From Octopus vulgaris (Eukaryota), in NCBI GenBank assembly GCA_951406725.2, contig OX597819.1, positions 84,754,001-84,818,000 on the forward strand: a stretch of DNA of 64,000 bases, read 5' to 3'. The notes under the pieces were generated by a model, which made no database searches, was not told where the DNA came from, and saw only the letters and a list, made by a program, of their open reading frames with translations. This document shows, one piece after another, positions 1-13,181 of this stretch. Positions within the stretch are counted from its first letter, which is position 1. Each line of letters begins with the position of its first letter. Both the position numbers and the translations under genes were made by a program.

Positions 1-1188
1 GAAAGCTAAAATATTCCGAAAGCATATTTGATCAAACAATAAAGAATTTTAAATCATGAAGGATGTATGAGTGATATGAGGCCACTGAAATATTTTATCT
101 ATGATCCTGATGATCTTACAAACCAGAAAAAATGTCTTGACACCAATTCCAATAATAATAATACAGAATACCAAGAAATAATTGAATAATGGTTTATACA
201 GAAATGAAGTGAAACCAATATCATTTCAATATTTATACACTGTTAAAAAATACAAAACAATTTGAAGTTTTTCTTTTTAAATATTACAAATAACTTCAAA
301 ATATGATATAGTTAAATCATTTTTTTTTTGTTTGCCCAGAACTATTTTGAAACAGAAAAAGTTTATTTTTAAAGTTAAGAAAAGATGAAAGGAACAATGT
401 GAAATAAAAATGATATATATATATATATTCTGATGTCAAGCTATCATTTTTAACTGATAAATTAATGTGTAGTACATAAGAAGAAAAAAGATAAAAGAGA
501 AAGTGATGTAGCCAACTAAGGTTTGTAACAACAGACTTTCTTTTTCATAGCTTAATCAAAGGATAAAGATAAGATAAGACCCATTTTAGTATTTCTGAGA
601 CTGATGAGAGGAAAGGAAGAAGTTCCCAGACAGGAGACCTGCCCTGAATGCTTACAGCAGTAAGCACCCATCTAGGTTATGGTGATAATGGTCTCAAATT
701 ATAGCATCATTAAAAGCATAATTAAAAAGACTAATTCAATGTATATTGATGCATAACTTGAAGGTGTTTACATATATTGAACTAAAAATTAGTAATATCA
801 GTGTTATATGAAGAGAAACCTATTTTGATTTTATTAAATATATTTATGAATGCATAAATCAACTTTCAAAAACAGGTATCCACAAATTACTGGAAATGAC
901 TTTAAACTTTTCAACTTTTTTTGAAAGGTATTTCTAATGAAAACTCATAGAAGAAATCCAGACTTATATTTACTCAATAGTACACACACACATATTTCTC
1001 TTAGGGATTTCAAGACTAATAACCTGGTGTAGATTCAACATATGCTTTTGAACAAAGCAATTGTCAAGTTTAGAAGAGCAGAAATAAAAAAAGAAATGAC
1101 AAAGGAATAAACGATTATCTTAAGAACTTCGTTAGCTAATGAAGTTCATAAGGTAATCCTTTATTCCATTGTCATCTTTTCTTTCATA

Positions 1189-1236
<48 letters not shown>

Positions 1237-2264
1237 TACATACATACATACATACATACACACGCACGATATTTGATTTCTACAGAAAGTGTATCTTTTC
1301 CCTCTTTTAAATATCAATTGTAATGCAGAACAAGAATTTTCTACAGCTGTTCTCTTTTACTCCTTAACATTTTCACAGATATATATCATCTTTTCCTAGT
1401 GTTTTATCTCTCTTCATTAGCATCAAAGTATTCTCTATTGCACTAATTCAAAATAGGATGCACTTCTTCCAACACTCATATCAGTGAATGACCAGATGCC
1501 ACTGATGATTTGAAAAGATTTAGTGTCAAAGGTATCAAAGACTACCTACATCTCCATTATGTCCAACATAATGAGCACATCTTTGTTCCTGAGTGCCATT
1601 ACCTCTCTCTCAGGTATCTCTTTAAACTTCTGCTCTTTTCTGTAGCTCACAGCAGCTTCTTCCCTCTCCCTTTCTTAAAATTTCTTTCTAGATATTGTCT
1701 CATTACCTTGCAGAGAACAGAACACACAAAATGATATTCCATGTTCCTTTTCATAGCCTCCCATTTCTCTAACATTTTCTTTGATTCCCCTGAGAAGATC
1801 TGAAAAACTTGTCACACCATATCCCTCTTGATTTTGGAAGATCTACAGCATGACAGACCACATATTCACTCTAACACTGCTTCTAGAGTGAATAAAAGAT
1901 TATCACTGGGGTGGGGAGCATATTGAAAATAAGGTAATTTAAAAACAGAGTGGAATGAACACTGTGATGACAGAATATGAAAAACCATAAATTCCATTGG
2001 ATCAAATGTGTTGCAAGACTTACAGGCAACAGGTGAACCCATGCAGTTGTTGAGTAGTATCCAAAGGATTGGAAGGGATCACTTGGAAGACCTCCAAGAT
2101 GATGGTGCAAATAGAAGAGAAGGATACAATCAAAAGGACAATGGAAATGCATTGTAATCAGTAATCTATAGACTGGTCAATAGTGATAGAGTAAAATATG
2201 TAAGTGTACGTGTATGTATATATACACACACATAAAAAAGCTTTTATAAGAGTTAAATCCAAAA

Positions 2265-2830
2265 GTGAAATCACAGCTGTAGCCTACACCAGTTTCGCAT
2301 AACCAGCCCACTCAAAAGAAAAGTACCTTTGGATCATAGGGTGACATGCTGTGCTTGAGGAGACCTACTGAGTCAAGTACATCAACATCAAAATCAAATC
2401 AAACCACAACCAAATGGAAATTGTAGTTGTGGCTGATGCCAGTGCCACCTATCTGGCTCCCCATGCCAGTGACACATAAAAAGCACCATCTGAACATGGT
2501 CAATGCCAGCCCCCTCGCCCCGAGTGGCTCCCATGCCGGTGGCATGTAAGAAGCACAATCCAAACATGGCTAATGCTAGCACTGCCTTGACTGGCTCCCG
2601 TGTCGGTGGCACATAAAAGCACCCTCTAAACATGGTCGATGCCAGCCCCCTCTGGTCCCTGTGCCGGTGGCATATAAAAAGTACCCATTACACTCTCAGC
2701 CATTGGCATTAGGAAGGGCATCCAGCTGTAGAAACACTGCCAGATCAGATTGGAAGCTCCTGGCTTCCCAGACCCCAGTCAAACTATCCAACCCACATCA
2801 GCATGGAAAACGGATGTTAAACAATGATGA
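2265..2830 (+). mobile_element. RTE 3' UTR remnant
   Basis: Homologous to 38810-39400, with repeated ggtggcacataaaaagcacc modules, ttaggaagggcatccagctgtagaaa and a gttaaacaatgatga tail. Confidence 0.75.
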
Positions 2831-3267
2831 TAGGTAAAGCCTATAGTGTGAAAATTAAGAGAGAGAAAAGAGAAAGTAAAAGTATATAATTAATTGGCAG
2901 CTGAAGTTTCACAAATCATTTCTCCAAGTTCTCATTTCTCATCTTGAGATATGAAAAATGAAAATGACATATAAAGTCATCAGTTTGAAATGGAACAATA
3001 AGATTCTTATTGGTTGGCAACATAACTGTTCTTTGATAAATATGAATAAGAATGAGACAGGATATGTTAGCTGGAGAGGGAAATATTCTTGTAAATGTTC
3101 TTTTGGAATAGTGGATCTCTAAGCATATAAATATAAAGCATATAAATATTGAAATGAAAAACCCTTTGCGATAGAAACCCAATATTTACATGTTATTATT
3201 TATAGCGTTATGTTTACACTATACCAAAAAAATAATTTCATGTTCTCTTGAAGGTTTATAAATTCTT

Positions 3268-3690
3268 ATCATCATTTAACATCCACTGTCCACGCTGGCA
3301 TGGATTGGACAGTGACCAGAGCTGGCAAGCTAGGGGGCAGCACCAGACTCCAGTCTGATTTGGCATGGTTTCTACAGTTGAGTGCCCTTCCTAATGCCAA
3401 CCACTTTACAGAGTGTGCTGGGTGCTTTTACGTGGCACCACACAGGTGCTTATATGTGGCACTGCACAGACACTTTTATATGGCATTGCACGGGCACTTT
3501 TATATGGCACCACATGGGCACTTTTACATGGTGCTGCACAGGCACTTTTTGCATGACACCACACAGGCACTTTCAATTAGCACTGCATGGGTGCTTTTAC
3601 GTGATGTCACATGGGTGCTTTTACATGGCACCACATGTGTGCCTGTACATGGCACCACATGTGTGCCTGTACATGGCACTGCACAGTGTC
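3268..3690 (-). mobile_element. RTE 3'-end element with amplified ~24-bp tandem repeat
   Basis: (CAT)n tail motif at 3268, then about 11 copies of ggtgcttttacgtggcaccacaca at 3420-3690. Confidence 0.75.
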
Positions 3691-6484
3691 ACTAACAATA
3701 TATAATTCTCACTAGTAAAAATAAAGTTTCTAAAATGGATAGAGATTCAAAGGAGTGATTGAAACAGTAGAAAGCCTGACATGTCTACAGGAGATGTGGG
3801 TTCAGGTCACATGGACAGCCTTCAACATTTTCGGTCCGAAAGGGGGTTTTGCAACCCTATATTTACATGCTACTATTTATAACTTAATAAGTGCTTTGAG
3901 AGCCACTATTCTGAAAAGAATTATTTTACATTCTCTCAAAAGTTTATAAATTCTTGACTGGTAAATATATTTATGAAAAAAAAAAAAAAATGTGAAAACG
4001 TGCAGATGTAAGCAAGTTAAAGGAAAGAAATTTCTAATTGGAGACAGGAAAAAAAGAAACATCTAACTGAGCAAGGGAAACAGCTAAAACATTTTTAATT
4101 ATTTAAAAAAATAATTCTCAAAAAAAAAAAAAGGATGACAACAGGTCACACAGTTTTGAAAATTACTGAAATTATCCAGTTGGAATTATATAGTAACAGA
4201 GCAAATATTTTGAAGACTTGGAAGCACATTTTTCAACTTGATAAAATGAGTCAGATTCCAAGAAAGTTCATAACTTTCAAAACTCTTTAAATAAGAATTT
4301 TAAATCATTGTGAAATTCCAAAGACACCTATCATTAGAAACAAGACATAAAAGAAAAAAATATGCAACGGTAATAACACAATTACCTGTTAAGATTACTA
4401 ACAGTTTTCTTTTTTAAATCTGGCACCAAAACATACAACTAGATAAAGCTATAAGCTAGAGAAATTGTCACTAGTCTTAATATAAGTAGAACATTTAGCT
4501 CAGTACACTTCACATTTTTTAAAGGTCACTGAGTTAATTTTTCTAACAAATTCTACTAAATACAGGTACTAAATACCCAACAAAAACTGAATCAAGATAA
4601 GTTAAAAAGCATATTCTAAATTCAATTATATTCAGAATAAAAAGCATAATATCCTTCTCATTATCAAATAACAGTATGTTAATAAAGTGGTCAAGCAGAA
4701 TTAACAATGAGCACTATAAATCTACTCAATTTGAGATCCTTTTTTGTTTTCTAATTCATTCTAGGTGGAAAAAAATAATAAAATGAGAGAATACAAGGTA
4801 GTTGAATATGGAAATGATAGTCTTTTTCTCACATATACAAAGATCATGTACAAGATAGGTTTAGTGGAAGATCCTATAAATTATTAATGAAAAAGGTCAA
4901 ATAACAGCTGGTACAAAATATTACTAGTACTTTATGTTTTTTAGATATTACTTTAGCCTTCAGGATTCAGATTGTCAACTGTAATGCTTATTTATTCATA
5001 TTGCTTTGAATAAATCATGCATTAAATTAACACTAATAGTGCTAAAGATTTCCTAAATTTCATTTCTTTTAATTTGCCTACAAATCATAAATATAACATA
5101 TATTTAACTGATGCTCAGCTATGGTTAACTAGCTGCTGTACAAATTCTGTAGGCTCAATTAACCAATTCGAAGACTTTTGGGGCATAAAAATACAGCCTC
5201 TTTTCTAAACTGTAATTGTGTTGCTCCAAACAACTGCCCTCTCAATGATAATTGGCTTTTGAAAGCCTCAGTTTATTGCACTAAGGTACAACTATACAAT
5301 AACAGTATACCAAAAACTTAACATAGTATAAACTGAAAATACACTCAAGGCTTGATTCTTATCACTCATTCAAGAATTTAGATTGTAAAAATTTTCAACA
5401 AGTCTGTCCAAATATAATTGGTTTTTAAAAGAAACAATTCCAACTGAATTTAAAATCAAATGGTCCATCCTAGAACATTCTTTGCTTTATGTGCATAACA
5501 TATTTCACTCAAATATGAGTTGTGGATTCTGCTAAAGTGAGAAGTACCTCATCTTATTTCAAGACTTGCATGGTTTGTATGAAAGGTAAAAGATGTGGGG
5601 CTCCTACAGACATGCTTCAAAACATTTACTTGTAACTATGTATAGCCAAACAAATAATTCAGGAATTCAGGAAATGATAGGTAATTCTTTTACCTCCATT
5701 TTTGGAGTATTATAAATGTTATATTTTTCTTTATACAACTGTGATTATAAATTATTTTTATACAATTCTAATATACGTTTTTTTTTGTTTATGCTTTTTT
5801 TATATCGGTTTTTTTCCCCTCCTTAACTAGCAAATCAGCTCCATATCACTACCACCATCTAAGTTTTCAAATAACAGGTTTATTATCTACCATTAAAATC
5901 CTACTGTTTCATTTTATAATAATAATGAAATTATTGTATACAGTGCTCGAGTGAAAGGTTATGATATCTATTAAATATCATTTGCATGCTCCATTTTTTA
6001 TAAACATAAGATTGAAAATGAGTAACTCATTAAAGATTTGCGAAGTTTCAGCTTCCAATAATATATATCTAGATCTATACACACACACACACACACACCA
6101 AAGATTCTCTAAGATCTATCTGCATTTCTAACCTGTACAGATTTTGATAGAATAAGATTTGAACATTAGGTACAGCAAAAGGGGAAACAAAGATAAAGAA
6201 AAAAATACTTGTGAATTCATTTCATATTTAACTACAAAAATGGGCAGTTGAGTAATAAAGTCGCAATAAGAATGTGCATAATTTAACAATGTTATAGGTG
6301 ATTCACAATTTATTTTTCCCTATTTAAAGACATAAAAAATATAGTAGTCGCTAAGCAAAAGTAAATTTAACAATATTTCTTGGTAATGAAGTTATTAAAA
6401 AAATACAAGGAAAAAATATACTTTTCACAACAAAGTCAAATTAAAAATTGTTAACAGGAAAATAAGCATCAAATTTTTTTTTAC

Positions 6485-6617
6485 CGACTTATCCGATTCA
6501 TATGCATTGGAGGAGGTTTCATGTAAGCATTAGTTGTGCCATGTCCATGAGGTGATGGGGGTGCGGTTGGCGTATGACCAGTTCGTTTTGGTTTTGACTC
6601 GGAACACAGGTTTATGT
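6485..6617 (-). CDS. HNRNPC: hnRNP C/RALY-like protein, second coding exon
   Basis: Acceptor ttcttttag. The phase-1 join gives L-D-INLCSESKPKRTGHTPTAPPSPHG...NRIS, matching hnRNP C 'LDINLAAEPK'. 133 nt, ending CG|gtaaaa (phase 2). Confidence 0.85.
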
Positions 6618-7797
6618 CTAAAAGAATTTTACATACATTTTCCTTGAGAAAGTTCAAGTAAAAGTTTCATTTATTCTAACACATAAGCATTAAAACATTG
6701 AATTTAAATTTTCAAGAGTAAAAGTATTGATTTCTCCACTGGTCAAGAACAATTGGAATGAGTAAATTCAACTGAAAAGACAAACCTATTGAAATTTTAT
6801 GTATTTAGATGTATTGAAACTAACTAGCCACACTCCCTATTCAACTATCCCCACTTATTTCTACTCATCTTGTACCTTGAGGGTTTACATTAAAACCTCA
6901 TCACCAATAACAATGTGAGTAGCCATGTAGCTTCACTGCAGCAAGAAACCTGTTCAGGTCCTTTCTTTCATACTTCAACTCTCATCACCAAGCATAAAAA
7001 GCCACCTCCCTCTCAACTCTAGCCCTATTCACTTAAAGGGGATCTTAGCCCTGCAAGCTGCATGGCAACCTCACTAGTGCTGGTGCCACAAACGAAACAC
7101 CTAGTACACACTACAAAGTGGTTGGCATAAGGAAAAACATCCAGCTGAAGAAACCATGCTGAAGCAGACATTGGAGCACAATGCTGTCCTTAGATGTATA
7201 AGATCCTGTCAATCCATAAAACCCATGCTAATGTGGGAGATAGACAGATAGACATTAAATGATGATGGCAATAACATTGATAATATTGGCATATGTAACA
7301 CATTACATTTACAACTAGAAAAAAATTATATAGACCATATTAAAAAAAAAAAGTACCTTCTTTTTACAAGGTCATATCTTGGGTACAATGACTTCACAAT
7401 ATTAAGTACTTCTATGGAATGGAAATTATTATTAGTCTACAGTTATAATTGTGCATATTAACATTTCAAAACTAAGGAAACGATTATGGCAAAAGAAATT
7501 ATGTAAATGTCACTGTTACATAAATATGTGTCAAAGTCTATTAGAACAAATTTCAACACTGAAAAATACAATACAGAATCTCACAGAACTAAGTACTTTT
7601 AGGTAAATTTGACAGTTTGTAAACACTGTCTAGTACACAAACTTTCACCAAGTCTCAGAGAGGAGAATTATAATACTGGTCAGAAATGGTATGCAAAAAG
7701 CAGAAGTAGAATATCTGCCACATCATAGTCTAATGTAACAAAGATAACGAATAAGTTTTGAAGTATTCACCATCATCATTCTTTACATATATATATA

Positions 7798-8056
7798 TCA
7801 TCATCATCATCATCGTCGTTTAGCGTCCGTTTTCCATGCTAATATATATATCATCATCATCATCGTTTAGCGTCCGTTTTCCATGCTAGCATGGGTTGGA
7901 CGGTTCAACTGGGGTCTGTGAAGCCGGAAGGCTTCATCAGGCCTAGTCAGATCTGGCAGTGTTTCTATGGCTGGATGCTCTTCCTAACGCCAACCACTCC
8001 GTGAGTGTAGTGGGTGCTTTTTACGTGCCACCCGCACAGGTGCCAGACAGAGCTGG

Positions 8057-8096
<40 letters not shown>

Positions 8097-8345
8097 TATA
8101 TCATCATCATCGTTTAGCGTCCACTTTCAATGCTAGCATGGGTTGGATGGTTCAACTTGGGTCTGGGAAGCCAGAAGGCTGCACCAGGCCCAGTCTGATC
8201 TGACAATGTTTCTACAGCTAGATGCTCTTCCTAACGCCAACCATTACGTGAGTGTAGTGGGTGCTTTTTATGTGCCGCCAGCACAGGTGCCAGACGAGGC
8301 TGGCAAACGGCCATGATCGGATGGTGCTTTTTACGTGCCACCGTA
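7798..8345 (-). mobile_element. Cluster of three RTE 3'-end copies separated by (TA)n
   Basis: catcatcgtttagcgtcc...ccatgcta recurs at about 7800, 7852 and 8101. Confidence 0.8.
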
Positions 8346-8600
8346 GTGAGGGATTATCAATCCAGGCAAAATACTTCATAAGCTATCTGTTGGCACACCA
8401 GGCTAACAATATTACTTAGATTAGTGAAGAACTCTACGTAATCTTTTGGTAGAGTTCAAGGTTATGGTTCATCACAATTCTATATTGTAAATCTGTGGAT
8501 GGGCTCAGACAAACTGGCATGGGTTAGACAGTTTGACTGGAACTAGTAAGCCAGAGAGCTGTACTAAGTTTCAGTCTGAATATATATATATATATATATA

Positions 8601-9318
8601 TTCTTTTATTCTATTACTTGTTTCAGTCATTTGACTGCAGCCATGCTGGAGCACCACCTTTAGGCGAACAAATCGACCCCAGGACTTATTCTTTGTAAGC
8701 CTAGTACTTATTCTATAGGTCTCTTTTGCCAAACTGCTATGCTACAGGGATGTAAACACACCAACGTCAGTTGTCAAGCGATGGTGAGGGGACAAACAGA
8801 CACACAAACATTATATATTTACACATATACAGCAATAAGAAAATGGAGGGGATCAAGAGGTGATATTCATCAACTTTAAGACATTATGTCTATTTATTTA
8901 TTTAAAAGAAAATAATTATAGCAATATAACAATATACATACATGTAAACATATTATGCTTTACATATATAATATATAAAAATACCAGTAATTATTTAAAA
9001 AAAATAACGTAGAGCATAGAAAGTAGGATAGTATCTTACAGCTGTTTCAGCCAAGAGGCCATACTACCCCACTCTACTTCCATCCCTTCAGTGAACTGAA
9101 GTATTTGGTAGATAAGATTAAGGTACTTGGGTGTGTATTATATATATATATATATGACGGGCTTCTTTCAGTTTCTACTAACCAAATCCACTCACAAGAC
9201 CTTGGTCGGCCTGAGGTTATAGTGGATGACACTTGCCCAAGGTGCCATGCAGTCGGATTAAACCCGGAACCGTGTGATTGGAAAGCAAGCTTATTACCAC
9301 ACAGCCACGTCTGTGCCT
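8601..9318 (-). mobile_element. Same SINE family, split by an insertion at ~8820-9140
   Basis: 5' half at 9150-9318 and 3' half at 8601-8810 flank the hammerhead-bearing AT-rich insert. Confidence 0.75.
9033..9138 (-). ncRNA. 3' half of a hammerhead motif (same family as 40931)
   Basis: Minus strand reads acccaagtac..atctacc..acttca...CTCTTGGCT-GAAA-C AGCT G-TA-agat. It shares internal sequence with 40951-40990 and complements that copy's stems I and II. Confidence 0.5.
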
Positions 9319-10034
9319 GAAACCTGCAGCAGCTCTCTGGTTTACCAGTTCCACTCAAACCATCTAACCCATGTCAGCATAGAAAGCAGATGTTAAATGA
9401 TGATGATGATATATCTGTGTATGTGTGTTTTGCTGTCTCTTTGCCTTGACTTCATGTAATAGTTCTAAGTAAGAGTTACTATCATGCATGCAGTGTCCTT
9501 CATTTCTAATCTTCCGAGACATGTCTGATCATTAGGAAACATTACCATACTCAGAAACAGGCAAGAGTTGGCAACAGGAAGGGCATCTGGCCATAAAGAA
9601 TTTGCTTCAACTAATTCCTTCCAACTCATTTGAGCATGGAAAAGTGGATAGTAAATAATGATGACTACCTCAGAATTAGAGAATAATAAATATACCATCT
9701 AATGCTAGTGTTGAAATAAAACACTGTAGGTACCTTTAGCAGAGTTCAGTCTGTCACATGCATTTGAATCATACACCAAGTTTGAAGGTAACAGAAGACT
9801 TTTGTAGCTCTGCCAACTATTTGCAACTTTTCTTTGGTAACAAGATTGTTTGTCAGAGGGAAATGGTAGGAAAGGTTTCTCACTAACATAAACATACCAC
9901 AAGGGGCTGTCCTATTAATTTCCAATATCAACAAAACAATAATCAATTTTACAGTGGCTCACCTATAGCACCCCCTTTTTTTTAAAAGTACAGCTAGTCA
10001 TTTTAGACCATTGATAGTAGTATCTTTTTAATGT

Positions 10035-10721
10035 AGATGCCTGTGAGCAAACAGCCATGCTACATGGCAGTGAAACATGGGCTGTGACTGCAAAGAACAT
10101 GTGAAGGCTTCAAAACAATGAAGCTAATATGCTCTGCTGGATGTGCAATGTCAATATGCACATACGACAAAGTGTAAGTGGCTTAAGAGAAAAATTGAGT
10201 ATAAGAGGCATCAGATGTAGTGTACAAGAGAGAAGACTCCATTGGTATGGTCATGTGATGCATATGGATGAGGACAGCTGTATAAAGATGTGTCAATCTC
10301 TAACTGTGGAGGGAACCTGTGGAGGAGGTAGATCCAGGAAGACTTGGAACAAGGTGGTGAAATACAATCTTCAGATGTTGAGTCTCATGGAGATGATGAC
10401 AAGTGACCAAAACTTTTGGCGGTCTGCTGTGCTTGAAAAGACATCAAGCTTAGTGAAATTGTAGTCGTGGCCAGTGGCAGTGACGCGTGAAAGGCACACA
10501 TGCTGGTGACATGCAAGAGTCACCTGTGTGCTGGTGACATGTAAAAGGCATCCAGTATACTCTGTGGAATGGTTAGCATTAGGGAGGACACCCAGTTGTA
10601 GAAACCAAGCCAAAACAGACTGGAGCCTGGTGCAGCTCTCCAGCTTACCAGCACCAGTCAACCTGTTTTACCCATGCCAGCATGAAAAATGTACACTAAA
10701 TGGTGATGATGATGATGATGA
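10035..10721 (+). mobile_element. RTE LINE 3' fragment
   Basis: HGSETWAVT...RRLHWYGHVMHMDEDSCIKMC...GRSRKTW; 3' UTR and (TGA)n tail. Confidence 0.85.
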
Positions 10722-11129
10722 GTGAAGTCTCAAAGATGGAGTACAGATCACAAATCATATCAATCTTGAAGAAAGGTACTGGTAGAAACAGTAAAATGTT
10801 GATTAAAATGCTTCGTGGCATTTAATAGTGGTTTTTTTATTTACAGATTTCAAATCCTAGCAGAGGTGACTTTATCTTTCAACTTTAAAACAAAATACTA
10901 GTCAAATAGAAGTTGATTTAATTATACTCTCATCAAAAATTCAAGACCTTGTGCCTATGCTAGAAATAAATATCATTATATCATCATTTTAGCATCTGAT
11001 TTTCCATGCTGGTACATGACAGGGAGCTGTGTAAATAAATAATTCTTGTGATATTTTAACTCCATCTCCCTTTCAGTGAAACCCAATAATTTTAGATCAT
11101 TCATTATTACATATGTACTTTCTCTGGAA

Positions 11130-11485
11130 ATCATCATCATCATCGTTTAACGTCCGTTCTCCATGCTAGCATGGGTTGGATGGTTTGACCAGGGTCTGGG
11201 AAGCCAGATGGCTGCACCAGGCTCCAGTCTGATCTGGCAGTATTTCTACAGCTGGATGCCCTTCCTAACGCCAAACACTCCGTGTGTAGTGGGTACTTTT
11301 TACGTGCCACTGGCCACAATCAGTTAGTGGCTTTTATATGCCACTGGCACGGAAGCCAGTCAAGGCGGCGCTGGCATCGGCCACGTTCGGATGGTGCTTT
11401 TTACGTGCCACCGGCATAGGTATCACAACTACAATTTCCATTTGATTTTTCTTTTGATGTTGATGTACTTGACTCAATAGGTCTC
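11130..11485 (-). mobile_element. RTE 3'-end copy in hnRNP C intron
   Basis: Same family consensus as 7852-8060 and 29597-29876. Confidence 0.8.
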
Positions 11486-11571
11486 AACAAATTATAAGGT
11501 AACCCAAGGAAACAAACTGTCTCTTCCTTAACAGTGCATTGCAAACAATAAATATCTGAAAATACACTTAC

Positions 11572-11815
11572 CTAGTTGCTGATTTGCGTAAGTTTTTGTA
11601 TTTTCACTGTTGAGTGCTGATCTTGCTTCTTGTTCAGTTGAATACTGGATGAAAGCAAATCCTTTGTGAATGGAAATACCAATAACAAATCCATATCGTC
11701 TAAATATTTGTTCAATATCCTTTTGACTTAGTGCAAATGTATTTAGATTTCCAACAAACAGCCGTGAATTAGCTGTTAATGGATCGTTTGTATTACTACC
11801 AATTTTTCCTGACAT
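11572..11815 (-). CDS. HNRNPC: hnRNP C/RALY-like protein, first coding exon (RRM)
   Basis: ATG at 11815 gives MSGKIGSNTNDPLTANSRLFVGNLNTF...HKGFAFIQY...YANQQL, with RNP2 (LFVGNL) and RNP1 (KGFAFIQY) in the hnRNP C pattern. Acceptor ttcttgttgcag precedes 11844; donor G|gtaagt follows 11572 (phase 1). Confidence 0.9.
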
Positions 11816-12013
11816 ATTAGAATGTTTTATTAAGGACTTGAAGACTGCAACAAGAACAAGAAATAGCATTATACAGAGATGATTTTAAAAAAGTCAGAAA
11901 ATGTGACATGTATGCAGTAACATTATATAACGGTATTTTCTAGGCTAATTGAATTCAATTATAGCATAGTTATGATTCTCATAGTTGTTTCACACACATT
12001 GCAAATATAAAAT

Positions 12014-13181
12014 AGGCAGTGAAATTCTGGTTTAAGCACCCCATATACCCCCTTGTAACTTTTTTTGTTTTTTCTAATTTTCAGAAAATTTTTGCAAATG
12101 TGTTCTACACACAGGAATTCATATGATTATGCAAAAAAAAGAAATGTTTTTTAATTTTTTAAACTATTCCTTCTCCTCTATAAAATCTTAAAAGTTCCAC
12201 TCTTTTACAAATTTTTTTAAACCCTTTGTGAGCCGATGGGGTCCCAAGGGACCCCAACAAATTTTAAAAGTTATGCAACTTTTACATTTTTTTTATTTAA
12301 ACAATTTTATATCTAATGACTTCTATTGTTGCTAGTTTATATTAGTTTATGTGTCGAGTTAAAAAATTCCAGTCATATCGATGTTATAGCATAAATTACA
12401 GTCATTGGGGTTCAGCTGTGAAATTATTTTTTTCTGTTCTTTTTTCAGATATTCTGATGAACTAAAAGTCAATTTTCTTCATATTTGTGCTGGTATGAAT
12501 CGATATATTAAATAATTTTGTTTTATTTCATATTTAGTGCCATAAGTATAGTTTATAAAACTATAAAAAAAATGTTGATTTCTTTCAATAAAGGTTTTTC
12601 TTTCAGTCAATAAATTATATTTTAATTCCCCTACATTAAACGCCAATAATTACAAATATATACCTAAAAGATGCTAAATTTCTTGTTCTGTATCATGCTC
12701 TCACACATATATATACGAGATTAAACAAATATTTCTTTATGGATAGTACAGAAATGAGCAAGAATGAAGGGGGCGGGGATCCCGAGGGACCCCAATGGCC
12801 TTTTGAGTAATTCCAACTCCGCCAGCCCACGAAGGGTTAAATCGGAGTTTAAAATACGGACAGTCTGAATTTTCTGCTTAGATCCTAGCAATGGACCGCC
12901 CTTGGGTGCAGCATCATTCCATTAAAAATGTGTTTATGGGGAGAAAAATATTTAAAACATGAATACATATCAGAGTGACAAAGAAACAAGGAAGGTATCA
13001 GGTAGCCGTGAGATGTGCTAAAAATAACAGCTAAATAGCCCTTAAATCACACACACATTTTTTTTCACATAATCGTATGAATTACCGAGTGTAGAACACA
13101 AATTCGCCAAAATCTTCTTAAAATTTGAAAAGATAAAAAAGTTATGAGGGGTTATATGAGGTGCTTAAACCAAAATTCTGC
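12014..13181. repeat. ~130-bp inverted repeats flanking the MITE (host foldback element)
   Basis: 12014-12140 (ggtttaagcaccccatata...tgtgttctacac..attcatatgattatg) is the reverse complement of 13056-13181. Confidence 0.7.
12222..12836. mobile_element. piggyBac-like MITE
   Basis: Termini CCCTTTGTGAGC / GCCCACGAAGGG; TTAA on the right, TAAA on the left; subterminal palindrome ggggtccc..gggacccc at both ends. Confidence 0.7.

Noticed and set aside
595-625. CTGATGAGAGGAAA
   Set aside because: No stem II, stem III or stem I; a chance match. The same applies to CTGATGA near 107, 1503 and 12455.
3420-3690. Regularly spaced palindromic repeats resembling a CRISPR array
   Set aside because: No unique spacers, no cas genes, eukaryotic context; it is a tandem expansion of an RTE 3' UTR module.
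4386-4438. Possible next hnRNP C exon (minus strand, ends AACAG|gtaatt)
   Set aside because: Joining it to the phase-2 end at 6485 gives stop codons with either nearby acceptor; it would need an unseen intervening exon.
11816-11869. Upstream extension of the track ORF (MLFLVLVAVF...)
   Set aside because: It crosses the polypyrimidine tract and acceptor at 11845; homology to hnRNP C begins at the ATG at 11815.
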